A DNA stretch of 64,000 nucleotides from NCBI GenBank assembly GCA_030607575.1, contig JAUWJS010000001.1, positions 3,668 through 67,667 on the forward strand. Reading direction: 5' to 3'. Below, piece by piece: positions 9,500-18,100 of the stretch (positions are counted from its first letter, which is position 1; each line of letters starts with the position of its first letter). The DNA comes from Candidatus Heimdallarchaeota archaeon (GTDB lineage: Archaea > Asgardarchaeota > Heimdallarchaeia > Heimdallarchaeales > Heimdallarchaeaceae). The notes under the pieces were generated by a model. That model was not told where the DNA came from, did not search any database, and was given only the letters and a program-made list of their open reading frames with translations. A program made the translations under genes and the position numbers.

Positions 9500-10339
9500 C
9501 TATCCCAAATCAAGAAAGAACTTATGAGCTGAGGTAACGAGGTTTTCTCTTTGCTTCAGTTTTAGTATCTCTGTTTCAAATTTCTTTAAAATTGATTTTT
9601 TTGTTCTTTTACTAATTAACCATTTAAGATTCTCATAGAAATGTTCAACCAATACTAACTGCTTAGGGTTAGCTGGCTCTAAATTTAATGCGTTAACACT
9701 TGTTTGTGCTTGAAGAAGCTTTTCTGTATTTTGTAGTTCTTTTGATAAGGTATTAAAATTCAGGATGTAACTTGTGATTCTTCTTACTTGTTCCCATAAG
9801 AAGGAGTTCGCTAGAAATTCAAGGATAATTCTATTTTCTTGCTCAATTACTGTTAGCTTATCAAGTTTCCTAGTCGTTATTCTATGATCCTTCTTGCAAA
9901 ATAAGCTGAAATCATGTTCTCCTATAAACAAAGAACTGATAGTTTTGATTTTATCAACTGTCATGGAAGAGTTCGATTCTAAAAACTCCTTAGAGATGAT
10001 ATACCAGTATTTTTTCCACATACTGTATTTTGGAGAAAAATCCATTTCAACTTCAGAATACCCCCAACAAGCAATTGTTTTGTCTCTTGGTAAAACAGAA
10101 TTTAATTCTTCTAAAATTATGTTTTTTTCACTATTAAATGAAAAGACATTGCCTATAGCATTAACATATTTGTCTGTCCTACTTGCACTTCTAAAATTGC
10201 TTTCTTCTGATGAATCTATGTATTTTATTTCTTCTAATGCTTGGATAATAGTTCCTTCTATAGTCCTTTTTTCAAGTTGTCTCTGATAACCATAATATCC
10301 TTTACCTTCGTAGAATACACGTACAGCATATCTTTTCAT
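9500..10339 (-). CDS. truA: tRNA pseudouridine synthase A (TruA/Pus1 family).
   Basis: N-terminal RVFYEGKGYYGYQRQ matches the TruA Y-x-G-x-x-[FY]-x-G-x-Q-R-Q motif. SASRTDKYVNA contains the catalytic RTD Asp motif. Confidence 0.7.
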   Translation of the reverse strand: MKRYAVRVFYEGKGYYGYQRQLEKRTIEGTIIQALEEIKYIDSSEESNFRSASRTDKYVNAIGNVFSFNSEKNIILEELNSVLPRDKTIACWGYSEVEMDFSPKYSMWKKYWYIISKEFLESNSSMTVDKIKTISSLFIGEHDFSLFCKKDHRITTRKLDKLTVIEQENRIILEFLANSFLWEQVRRITSYILNFNTLSKELQNTEKLLQAQTSVNALNLEPANPKQLVLVEHFYENLKWLISKRTKKSILKKFETEILKLKQRENLVTSAHKFFLDLG

Positions 10340-10427
10340 TTCTCATGAAGCCTTAATTAGTTACAATTAAAAACCTACTGTATTAAGAAGAAAAATTAAA
10401 AAGCATAGTGATTTTCAGTATATTACG

Positions 10428-10505
10428 GCCTCGATGGTGTAGCTTGGCCAATCATTGCGGACTCTCACTCCGCAGACCCGGGTTCAAATCCCGGTCGAGG
10501 CACCA
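10428..10505 (+). tRNA. tRNA-Glu (anticodon CUC), 3' CCA encoded.
   Basis: Manual fold: acceptor GCCTCGA/TCGAGGC, anticodon stem GCGGA/TCCGC with loop CTCTCAC, T-arm CCGGG-TTCAAAT-CCCGG, discriminator A plus CCA. Confidence 0.85.
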
Positions 10506-10513
10506 ATAATTTT

Positions 10514-10813
10514 TTAGTTCTCTCCCCATATTTTGAATAATTGTTTCAAAGAATGAGCCAGGATGTTATTATCTTTGAATTGATATATTAAGATTCTACC
10601 AAATCTCTTTTCCTTTATCAACCCTACATCCGTTAAATATTTTAAATGTCCCTTCACTGCAGAATGATTGAGATTTATGCTTCGTGATATCGCAGAAATG
10701 TTTAATTCCCCTAGTTCAGCTAACAACTTTAGAATTCTTACTCTTCCTCTTGAGGAAAAAACATCTTCTAATGGTATTTTAGGTTGTATTTCTCTATCGC
10801 TTTCCGTTGTCAT
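10514..10813 (-). CDS. ArsR/SmtB-like winged-helix transcriptional regulator (99 aa).
   Basis: The HTH region ILKLLAELGELNISAISRSINLNHSAVKGHLKYLTDVGLI matches the ArsR-family helix-turn-helix. It is co-oriented immediately downstream of orc1/cdc6. Confidence 0.55.
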   Translation of the reverse strand: MTTESDREIQPKIPLEDVFSSRGRVRILKLLAELGELNISAISRSINLNHSAVKGHLKYLTDVGLIKEKRFGRILIYQFKDNNILAHSLKQLFKIWGEN

Positions 10814-10824
10814 TATTTTTTCCT

Positions 10825-12048
10825 CTATTTTTCAGCATATTCTACTGTTTTCTTTTGATTTTCGATAGACTTCATCAGAAAGAGCTCTATGGTTTCTACT
10901 GATATGTCGGGTATACTGATTAGTGTAGTTTTACCACGCATTCCTTCCCCTGAGATTTTTGTACTGATTACATCTTGTTTTGATAATTCTTTCAGATATG
11001 ACCAGATTTGGGTATGTCGTCTAGGTTCCTCTTCATATTCCTCACAAGCTAATCTATAAGAGCTAATTGCATCATTTGTTGAAATATATGCATTTTTTGT
11101 GTGTTTTAATTTTCTTATAATCGCAAGCAGTATCAATTTCTGATGCAGAGTTAATGTTAAAATTACTTCTCTTCTTATTTCTGGGTGAATCAAAGCTTTT
11201 GCTTTTCTTACATGGTCAGGATAAACTATAGGGGAACTCTCGTCATCAGCGCATTGTCCTGCCCCCCAAAGTATTTCTATTGCATATCTTGCATCTCCTG
11301 ATTTACTTGATATATCTGCAATAAGTTCAACGGAGTCTTCGGTAATGGTACTATCATAAAAGGCTAATTCTGATCGGGATTTAATAATGTCCTTTAAATC
11401 AGTTTCAGAGTATCGATCCAAGGAAATGTGATTAGATTGAAAACTGCTTTGAGTACTTGCATCTAGTTGATGGATAAAATTCAGATTTCTTGCGATAAAA
11501 ACATATGAAATCCATTGTTTAGCTGTCATTTCACTAATTCTAAGTAATGTGTAAGGAAAATCTGTACCTACTCTAGATATAAGATAATCAATCTCATCTA
11601 AAACTAACAAAACCTTTGGAGAATAGAAGTCAAGTAATCTAATTAGAAGTGATTGTAATTCCTCAAACGAATAACCTCTTGGTGGAATTGCCTTATTTAG
11701 TTTCCTTGCCAAAGTGCTAATAATGAGATATGGACTTTTGTAAATTCTACAATTAATATAGACAAGCAAGAAATTCTTGTTTTTGTCAATGTTTTCCAAA
11801 AGTTGACCAAACCGTTTTGCGAGGGTTGTTTTTCCAGATCCTGTTGGTCCGGTTATACAGATTTTTCTCAACGGTTCATCTTGTTCTTCGAAAATTGTTT
11901 TGAAGTATTTAGCTAAAGTCCTGAGTTCTTCCTCCCTATGTGGAAGATATGGCGGAGTGTATGTAACAGACAAACAACCAATGTTTTTGAAAACAGTTGG
12001 TTTTTTGATTAGTGAATTAAAATATTCTTCATCTGATGAGTGCATCAT
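10825..12048 (-). CDS. orc1: Orc1/Cdc6 replication initiator.
   Basis: AAA+ Walker A ITGPTGSGKTTLAKRF, Walker B VLVLDEIDYL, and a C-terminal winged-helix domain; 407 aa. Confidence 0.9.
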   Translation of the reverse strand: MMHSSDEEYFNSLIKKPTVFKNIGCLSVTYTPPYLPHREEELRTLAKYFKTIFEEQDEPLRKICITGPTGSGKTTLAKRFGQLLENIDKNKNFLLVYINCRIYKSPYLIISTLARKLNKAIPPRGYSFEELQSLLIRLLDFYSPKVLLVLDEIDYLISRVGTDFPYTLLRISEMTAKQWISYVFIARNLNFIHQLDASTQSSFQSNHISLDRYSETDLKDIIKSRSELAFYDSTITEDSVELIADISSKSGDARYAIEILWGAGQCADDESSPIVYPDHVRKAKALIHPEIRREVILTLTLHQKLILLAIIRKLKHTKNAYISTNDAISSYRLACEEYEEEPRRHTQIWSYLKELSKQDVISTKISGEGMRGKTTLISIPDISVETIELFLMKSIENQKKTVEYAEK

Positions 12049-12508
12049 ATCGTCTCTAAGATAGTCAAGAGAATTTACTATTTATACTTAATAGAGAGAC
12101 ATCTCTGAAAGTGAACTTCTTGCTGGAAAATGTTCTTCTCAATAATCAGGTTTTTGTTGGGTTCTAAATGCAGTTTTAGAAATAAAGCTAAAATTCAAAA
12201 TATCTGTAAGTGTTGAATGTAAAAAATAAGTCGTCTTTGTTTCTTACTTGTCAGTCTTTTTCTTCTTCTTTTGTCATCTTTTTCTTTGGGGTGTTTTAAT
12301 AGCTTCTTTTTACTATTAGAGTAACCTTTCCAAGAGTGAGATATGATGTATAAACCAAAATTCGACCCTGACGAAGGAGACGATGGAATTTTACCACCCG
12401 CCTGGTCTCCAGGATAATTCTCCTTCTTTTTCATTTTTATTTACTTCCTATTGGTTTGAAAGTCGATATTTCTCTAGTTTATAAATCAATTTAAGGATTA
12501 GATTCTGA
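12049..12508. other. Candidate replication origin region: an AT-rich intergenic region immediately upstream of orc1/cdc6.
   Basis: A 460-bp non-coding region directly upstream of orc1, with long T-tracts (12250..12300) and short inverted repeats such as tggtctccagga. I could not identify a canonical ORB consensus by eye, so this rests mainly on synteny. Confidence 0.3.
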
Positions 12509-14095
12509 GTGAGTGATATGGTATTCGATAGTTTTGTAGAAGAACTAAATAAAATTAGTACTTCTGATGCTTTTTATAATTTCATAAAAAAAATCCGTCC
12601 TATTTGTGCAAATGAGAAATCCTCTCGCGTTAATTTCTTGATAGATGATTCAATCAGAAAAAGTGAAGGCTTCAGTGACACAAGAATTCTAGTAGATTTA
12701 TATGATTTGAAAATCAGACAACTATATTCTTCTATGGTCAATCTTCCTGAAATTCTTGAGATTCACTCAACTATGCGGCTTTTATGTGAAAAATTAGAAT
12801 ATGATCAAGGATTAGCTTTGGTATTCCAGTTAGCATGGCACATAGAAAAACTTAGAGGAAATATAGATATAAGTTCCAAGAATATTAGCCAAGCAATTGA
12901 AATTGTAAAAAATTCTTCTTCTATAGATGACTATACAAAATATTTTTGTTTATACTCCTATGCAATAGAAAAATGGTTAAAAAATCGCAGCTTATCCAGT
13001 TCCGATATTCTTGAAGAATGTGTTTTCTACTTTTATTCCAACAACTACTATCATGGATTGGCAATGTCTTTGGGTGTTTTACTTATAATCTATCAGCAAA
13101 CACAGAATAAAGAAGAATCAATGAAATTGGTTCAAAAAATTCTAAACAGAAGAGACCTTTTAAATAAAATGCCAGAAGAAATTCAATCAATCATCTATTT
13201 TTTTGTTGGTTTTAATCAGGAATTATACTTCAATCTTAATGAAGCAGAAAAACATTTGCTCAAGTCTAAAGGCATTTTGAAATCTATTTACAGTAAAAGT
13301 ATCTATTCAGGATACTATCTAACTGCCCTCTCCTATTTAACTTCAACATATGCACTTCAAGGAAAACTAGAACTAGCTTTCAAACAAATGAAAGAAGTAG
13401 AAGAATTAATAGAAGAGGGAATTGCCACAAAAAATCTAGATTCCTTCAGTAAAGAACAAATGAAACATATTTTCAACCTAACGAAATTTTATATTCAATC
13501 AAGATTTCAAAACTTTCGAGTAGAAGATTTACATGAATTAGTACAAACTATTGTAGATAATGTTGACAAATATCAAAGTAATGCGATTTTCTTTAGTGAA
13601 TTTCTCTTGAATGCAGAACTTACCAAAGATCAACTAGTAAAAATAAAGAACCTGAACAGTCCAAGTACTAAGAGAGTTGAACATATTATTAATTTCCTAA
13701 TTGAAAAAACAACTCATACTGATGAAAAACAAGTTATGAATTATACTTCTAAACTAAAGAAAAGACCCGTAGAAGAGCGAATGACTTTTACGGAGAAAGC
13801 TTTTGCTGATTTACTTGCGACTCAAGAATATTACAAAATCAACCGTTTTACAGAAATCTATCCTCTATTGAAGAAATATAAGAATCAGTTGCATAAGATA
13901 GAAGTTCTTGAAATGCGTGTTTTCATGGAAGCTTTCATCCAAGTTGGTGCTTACAAGAATGGTGATCCTCTGGGTCCAGCTCTTCAGTACATGGCTATTA
14001 AAAAATGCAGACAGCATGGATTTGGTAGATTAGAGAACAAATTACTAGACTATCTCACAATGCAAGGAAATGATACAATTAGAATGATGATGTAA
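12509..14095 (+). CDS. Hypothetical all-alpha (TPR-like) protein, 528 aa.
   Basis: A long ORF with helical, repeat-like composition and no recognisable catalytic motif. Confidence 0.35.
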   Translation: MSDMVFDSFVEELNKISTSDAFYNFIKKIRPICANEKSSRVNFLIDDSIRKSEGFSDTRILVDLYDLKIRQLYSSMVNLPEILEIHSTMRLLCEKLEYDQGLALVFQLAWHIEKLRGNIDISSKNISQAIEIVKNSSSIDDYTKYFCLYSYAIEKWLKNRSLSSSDILEECVFYFYSNNYYHGLAMSLGVLLIIYQQTQNKEESMKLVQKILNRRDLLNKMPEEIQSIIYFFVGFNQELYFNLNEAEKHLLKSKGILKSIYSKSIYSGYYLTALSYLTSTYALQGKLELAFKQMKEVEELIEEGIATKNLDSFSKEQMKHIFNLTKFYIQSRFQNFRVEDLHELVQTIVDNVDKYQSNAIFFSEFLLNAELTKDQLVKIKNLNSPSTKRVEHIINFLIEKTTHTDEKQVMNYTSKLKKRPVEERMTFTEKAFADLLATQEYYKINRFTEIYPLLKKYKNQLHKIEVLEMRVFMEAFIQVGAYKNGDPLGPALQYMAIKKCRQHGFGRLENKLLDYLTMQGNDTIRMMM

Positions 14096-14155
14096 ATCAT
14101 CCGATTGCTTCATTCTTCTTTGGAATCTTATCCAACATTCTATCAAGCAAATTTT

Positions 14156-14206
14156 ATCTTACCACACAAAGAAATTTTTTCGTGGTAAGATTTTTCAACT
14201 TTTTTT
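14156..14206 (+). terminator. Hairpin (10-bp perfect stem ATCTTACCAC/GTGGTAAGAT, 16-nt loop) followed by a T-rich tract; a terminator-like element downstream of the 528-aa gene.
   Basis: A perfect 10-bp inverted repeat at 14156..14165 and 14182..14191 is followed by TTTTCAACTTTTTTT. Archaeal termination typically occurs at oligo-T stretches. The same dyad recurs at 37681..37716. Confidence 0.4.
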
Positions 14207-14328
14207 CGCAGGTGATTTAAAATAAAAATGAAATGGAATTCTTCCTTCTTTTTTTTAGATATTTTTGTACTAAAAATCATATGTCGATAAAGTTAAAAAT
14301 CAGTAGGTTGGGTCTAATACATACCTAG

Positions 14329-14413
14329 GCGGAGATTGCCGAGTGGTCAAAGGCGCTAGAATGAGGATCTAGTCCTTAGTGGTCCGGGAGTTCGAATCTC
14401 CCTCTCCGCACCA
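14329..14413 (+). tRNA. tRNA-Leu (anticodon GAG), long variable arm, 3' CCA encoded.
   Basis: Manual fold: acceptor GCGGAGA/TCTCCGC, anticodon stem CTAGA/TCTAG with loop ATGAGGA, long variable arm, T-arm CCGGG-AGTTCGAATC-TCCC region, discriminator A plus CCA. Confidence 0.85.
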
Positions 14414-14422
14414 GTTTTTATT

Positions 14423-14626
14423 TTAACCAAATAGATTTTCAAAAGAAACCTGGGACCAGTCTATCAGACTCATTGTAATTCCAAAGATTATGGTAAAAAT
14501 CAATATGGCGACACCTATCAAAAGAATTTCTTCTAATATAGGTCCCCCTCTTTTGTTCTTGAAAATCAAACCTTTTATCCCTTTTAATAGCATTAACATA
14601 ATTCTCATTATTTGTATAAAGGACAA
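14423..14626 (-). CDS. Small C-terminally anchored membrane protein, possibly the Sec61-beta (archaeal SecG) preprotein translocase subunit.
   Basis: 67 aa (likely shorter from an internal Met). It has a basic stretch (KGIKGLIFKNKRGGP) with a conserved Pro, then a single C-terminal TM helix (ILEEILLIGVAILIFTIIFGI), which resembles the archaeal Sec61-beta architecture. The similarity is weak. Confidence 0.25.
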   Translation of the reverse strand: MSFIQIMRIMLMLLKGIKGLIFKNKRGGPILEEILLIGVAILIFTIIFGITMSLIDWSQVSFENLFG

Positions 14627-14754
14627 TATTTAAACTCCACAAAACTGATTTTAACCTCCTTGAGTGCTTTTTCACATACTTTTAGCTGATGTTTAAAAAA
14701 CTTGAAGATGGAAAACCTTTTTTAGTATCATCATTGGGTCGAATATAGAATCCT

Positions 14755-15600
14755 TTGCCGGGTGCGTCTATGGATATAGAACTTATAGAATTATTTCCTA
14801 ATTCAATAAAATTCATATTGTCAGATGTGACATTAGCGTTTGCTAACGCAATTAGAAGAACAGCGTTAGCTGAAGTGCCATCATTGACTATTGAAGATGT
14901 ATATGTTTTGAAAAACACATCACCCCTTTTTGATGAGTTCATAGCTCATAGATTGGGATTAATTCCTTTAAAATTCGACATTGATGCTCTGGAGTTAAAC
15001 TTCAGAGATGAATGTGATTGTGGAGGGATTGGTTGTAATTTGTGCACCGTGACATTAACACTCTCAAAAGAAACAGATGCTCAAACATCTACTGTTGTTT
15101 ATAGTTCAGATTTAATTTCAACTCAGGCTGGAGTTGAACCTATAAGTTCTGTGATTCCAATTGTAAAATTGGGTCCAAATCAAGCTCTGGAACTAGAGTG
15201 TATGGCACAACTAGGTAAAGGAAAAGAGCATGCTAAGTGGCAACCTGTTTCTGCCATGGGTTACCAAGCATTCCCAATCCCAACTATAGATAAGGAAAAA
15301 TGTACTAATTGTTTAGCATGTATAGATGCATGTTATAGGGGCGTTTACCAAAAGACCGGTGATAAAGTACAAATTGCTAATCCTTTGAACTGCACTTTGT
15401 GTGATTACTGTCTTGAAGTTTGCGAACCAAATGCAATAACAATCGGCAAAGATTCTACAAAAGTCATTTTTTCCTTTGAAACTAATGGGGGTTTAGATCC
15501 TTCAACAACATTAACAAAATCTGGTGAGTTAATTATCGCAAAAATCGACGAATTCAAAAAGACTCTTGAATCAACATTGGCAGAGGAAAAAGAATCATAA
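14755..15600 (+). CDS. rpoD: DNA-directed RNA polymerase subunit D (Rpb3 homolog) with an Rpb3-like Zn motif and a ferredoxin-like 4Fe-4S domain.
   Basis: The N-terminal dimerisation region (LAFANAIRRTALAEVPSLTIEDV, HRLGLIPL) is typical of RpoD/Rpb3. CDCGGIGCNLC matches the Rpb3 zinc loop. CTNCLACIDAC ... CTLCDYCLEVCEP are two CxxCxxCxxxC(P) ferredoxin-type motifs. Confidence 0.85.
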   Translation: MPGASMDIELIELFPNSIKFILSDVTLAFANAIRRTALAEVPSLTIEDVYVLKNTSPLFDEFIAHRLGLIPLKFDIDALELNFRDECDCGGIGCNLCTVTLTLSKETDAQTSTVVYSSDLISTQAGVEPISSVIPIVKLGPNQALELECMAQLGKGKEHAKWQPVSAMGYQAFPIPTIDKEKCTNCLACIDACYRGVYQKTGDKVQIANPLNCTLCDYCLEVCEPNAITIGKDSTKVIFSFETNGGLDPSTTLTKSGELIIAKIDEFKKTLESTLAEEKES

Positions 15601-15611
15601 AGTGAACTGAA

Positions 15612-15977
15612 ATGCCTAGGAGAACAGGAACTACTGATCCAAATGTACTTGAACTTATTCATAAATTAAAAAAGAAAACTGCGGAAACACAAGCAGCATT
15701 ATGGAAAACTGTAGCAGAGAAAATAGAAAGACCTCGAAGAAAGAGAGCTACAGTCAATCTCAGTAAGATCAGTCGTTATTCTAAAGAAAATGATATAATC
15801 GTTGTTCCCGGTTCTGTTCTAAGTGCCGGATACTTAAACCATCAAGTAACAATTGCGGCTCTGAAATTCTCAGAAGGAGCAAAAGAGAAAATTAAAGCCA
15901 GTAAAAGCAAACACATAACCATTGATGAGTTATTGGAATCAAAACAAGAGGTTAGTAAAATTAAGATTATAGTATAA
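15612..15977 (+). CDS. rpl18e: 50S ribosomal protein L18e (eL18).
   Basis: MPRRTGTTDPNVLELIHKLKK ... IVVPGSVLSAGYLNHQVTIAALKFSEGAKEKI matches the eL18 pattern. Canonical position between rpoD and L13. Confidence 0.8.
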   Translation: MPRRTGTTDPNVLELIHKLKKKTAETQAALWKTVAEKIERPRRKRATVNLSKISRYSKENDIIVVPGSVLSAGYLNHQVTIAALKFSEGAKEKIKASKSKHITIDELLESKQEVSKIKIIV

Positions 15978-15989
15978 TTGGTGTGAAAA

Positions 15990-16460
15990 ATGGCAAAAAA
16001 CACAACAACAACTGGAACTCAAATTTCAGTTACCAAAATTAATATTGATGCAGATAATGCAATTTTAGGAAGATTATCTACAGAGGTAGCCAAATATTTG
16101 CTGGAAGGTTATACTGTAAATATACTAAATTGTGAAAAAGCTGTTATTTCTGGTAAAAAACATTCAATTTTAAGAGAATATAGAGATATGCAACAGATAC
16201 ATACACATACTAATCCTAGACGTGGTCCTTTTCACCCAAAAAGACCAGATCGTTTGGTTAGGAGAACAGTTAGAGGTATGTTACCTTGGAAGAAAAGTAG
16301 GGGAAAGCAAGCATATCATAGATTATTAACATACATTGGAGTTCCAGAAGAGTTTACTGATAGTGAAATGATTAAACCTAAGTTTGCAGATGCAAGCAAA
16401 CTAACATGCAAGAAAATAACTATCGGTGAATTATGTAAAGAATTTGGGTGGAGCGAATAA
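15990..16460 (+). CDS. rpl13: 50S ribosomal protein L13 (uL13).
   Basis: ILGRLSTEVAKYLLEG ... RRGPFHPKRPDRLVRRTVRGMLP matches the uL13 signature. Canonical L18e-L13-S9 order. Confidence 0.85.
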   Translation: MAKNTTTTGTQISVTKINIDADNAILGRLSTEVAKYLLEGYTVNILNCEKAVISGKKHSILREYRDMQQIHTHTNPRRGPFHPKRPDRLVRRTVRGMLPWKKSRGKQAYHRLLTYIGVPEEFTDSEMIKPKFADASKLTCKKITIGELCKEFGWSE

Positions 16461-16464
16461 ATAA

Positions 16465-16878
16465 GTGATGAATATGGGTAAAGTAATTGTATCTTCAGGA
16501 AAAAGAAAAACAGCTATTGCTCGAGCTACTATAAAAGAAGGTAAAGGCAGAATTAGAATTAATGGAGTGCCTTTAGAAGTCTTACCAAATGAATTGAGTA
16601 GAATAAAGATTGGCGAGATTTTCATTATTGCAGGTGAGGAAGTACGAGAATCAATTGACATAAAAGTCAATGTAAGGGGAGGAGGATTTATGGGTCAAGC
16701 TGAAGCAATCCGAACTGCTATTGCAAGAGGATTGGTAGAATATTACGATGATTTAACAATGAAAGAAAAATTTATTGTTTATGATAAAACAATCGTTTCA
16801 GGTGATCCAAGAAGAACTGAACCCAAACATTTTGGTGGAAGAAGTTCTCGATCAAGATTCCAAAAATCCTATCGTTAG
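16465..16878 (+). CDS. rps9: 30S ribosomal protein S9 (uS9).
   Basis: SGKRKTAIARATIKEGKGRIRINGVPLE and the C-terminus GGRSSRSRFQKSYR are typical of uS9. Confidence 0.85.
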   Translation: MMNMGKVIVSSGKRKTAIARATIKEGKGRIRINGVPLEVLPNELSRIKIGEIFIIAGEEVRESIDIKVNVRGGGFMGQAEAIRTAIARGLVEYYDDLTMKEKFIVYDKTIVSGDPRRTEPKHFGGRSSRSRFQKSYR

Positions 16879-16899
16879 GTTTTTTTTCTTTCCTTTCTT

Positions 16900-17949
16900 G
16901 TGCAATTTAAGATGACTTTCAATTTAGATTGTTCCATTGGAGAAGGTGGAGGTTCCATAGTACGAATATCTTCAGCTTTAGCAGCTGCTACGGATACTGA
17001 TTTGAATCTTTTTAACATTCGTTCTAATAGATCAAATCCTGGTTTAAGGGCTCAACACATAGAAGCAATTAGTGCAATTAAACAATTTTCTGGATTTTTT
17101 TCAGTTGATTCGAATATTGGAGACAAAGTATTAGCTTTAACAAAGAAAAATGCAAAGTCAGACAAAGCATTTGTAAAAGTTGGAACAGCTGGAAGCATCG
17201 GTTTAGTGGCACAAGCAGTCTTATTCTATGCTTTTTCTCAGAAAAGAGATTTGGAATTAACTATAAGTGGTGGTGCCACTCATGGTAAATGGGCCCCTTC
17301 AGTGGAATATATTCAACACATTACTCATGAATTAATAGGATTAATGGACAAGAAAATAAAAACAAATACAATATACTATGGCTTTTATCCTAGGGGAGGA
17401 GCAAAATGCGTTTTTCAGTTTAAAAGTCATGACATACTCTCCCCACTAAACTTAATAGAAAAAGGGGAATTACTAGAAGTAGAAATTTTTTCGACAGCTT
17501 CACAATCATTGAAGGGAAGGCTTGTTGCTGAAAGACAAGCAGATGCTTTCACAAAAAAGATAAAACTAAATGTTGATATAAATAGAAATATCAACTATGT
17601 TAAATCTCTAAATCCTGGTTCAGGATTGACAGTTGTTGGAATTTATTCTTCAGGTAGTAGAATTGGATGTTTTACTCCAGGTGAAAGAAGAATAACCGCT
17701 GAACAAGTTGCGGGATTATGTGCAAAGATTTGGGAAAGAAATTCTCATGGTTCTGCAGCTGTAGATGAATATGCTGCAGATCAGTTGATTGTACCACTGT
17801 TTTTAACTGAAGGAAAATCAGAAATATCTGTACCTACAATCTCAAGTCATACTAAAACCAACATAAACTTGGCTCAGAAGTTTATAAAAAGAAAAACTAA
17901 CATTGAAAGAAAATCAGATTGTTTTCATATAACTGTTGAAGATTTGTAG
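16900..17949 (+). CDS. rtcA: RNA 3'-terminal phosphate cyclase.
   Basis: N-terminal LDCSIGEGGGSIVRISSALAAATDTDLNLFNIRSNRSNPGLRAQHIEAI matches the RtcA signature (GEGGGQ ... IR..R..PGL ... H). The 349-aa length fits. Confidence 0.8.
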   Translation: MQFKMTFNLDCSIGEGGGSIVRISSALAAATDTDLNLFNIRSNRSNPGLRAQHIEAISAIKQFSGFFSVDSNIGDKVLALTKKNAKSDKAFVKVGTAGSIGLVAQAVLFYAFSQKRDLELTISGGATHGKWAPSVEYIQHITHELIGLMDKKIKTNTIYYGFYPRGGAKCVFQFKSHDILSPLNLIEKGELLEVEIFSTASQSLKGRLVAERQADAFTKKIKLNVDINRNINYVKSLNPGSGLTVVGIYSSGSRIGCFTPGERRITAEQVAGLCAKIWERNSHGSAAVDEYAADQLIVPLFLTEGKSEISVPTISSHTKTNINLAQKFIKRKTNIERKSDCFHITVEDL

Positions 17950-18100
17950 TTTCTACTTAAATGACTATTTCATTCAATTTCTTTCTTAACGACATATTTA
18001 TATGATGTTAATAAAGTCGGAGTACGACGTCAAAACGCAGTTCATAGGTTCTGTAAGAATAAGTAATAAGACGTTTAAAAATTAAAATTAGCAACATAAA

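Noticed and set aside
12195-12434. A 79-aa K/R-rich ORF on the minus strand inside the orc1 upstream region.
   Set aside because: It lies within the putative origin/promoter region. Its composition is dominated by Lys/Arg runs from an A/T-rich frame, and it has no recognisable fold. It is more likely a chance ORF, although a small basic DNA-binding protein cannot be excluded.
14439-14942. Overlapping 78-aa and 86-aa minus-strand ORFs around the rpoD start.
   Set aside because: They overlap each other and the rpoD 5' end in alternative frames, and neither has a motif. The 67-aa ORF (14423..14626) is the only one with a plausible membrane-protein architecture.
17950-18100. A possible C/D box sRNA between rtcA and rplC (ATGATGT at ~18003).
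   Set aside because: There is a C-box-like heptamer, but I could not find a convincing D box (CUGA) or C'/D' pair at the right spacing. That is not enough to call an sRNA.
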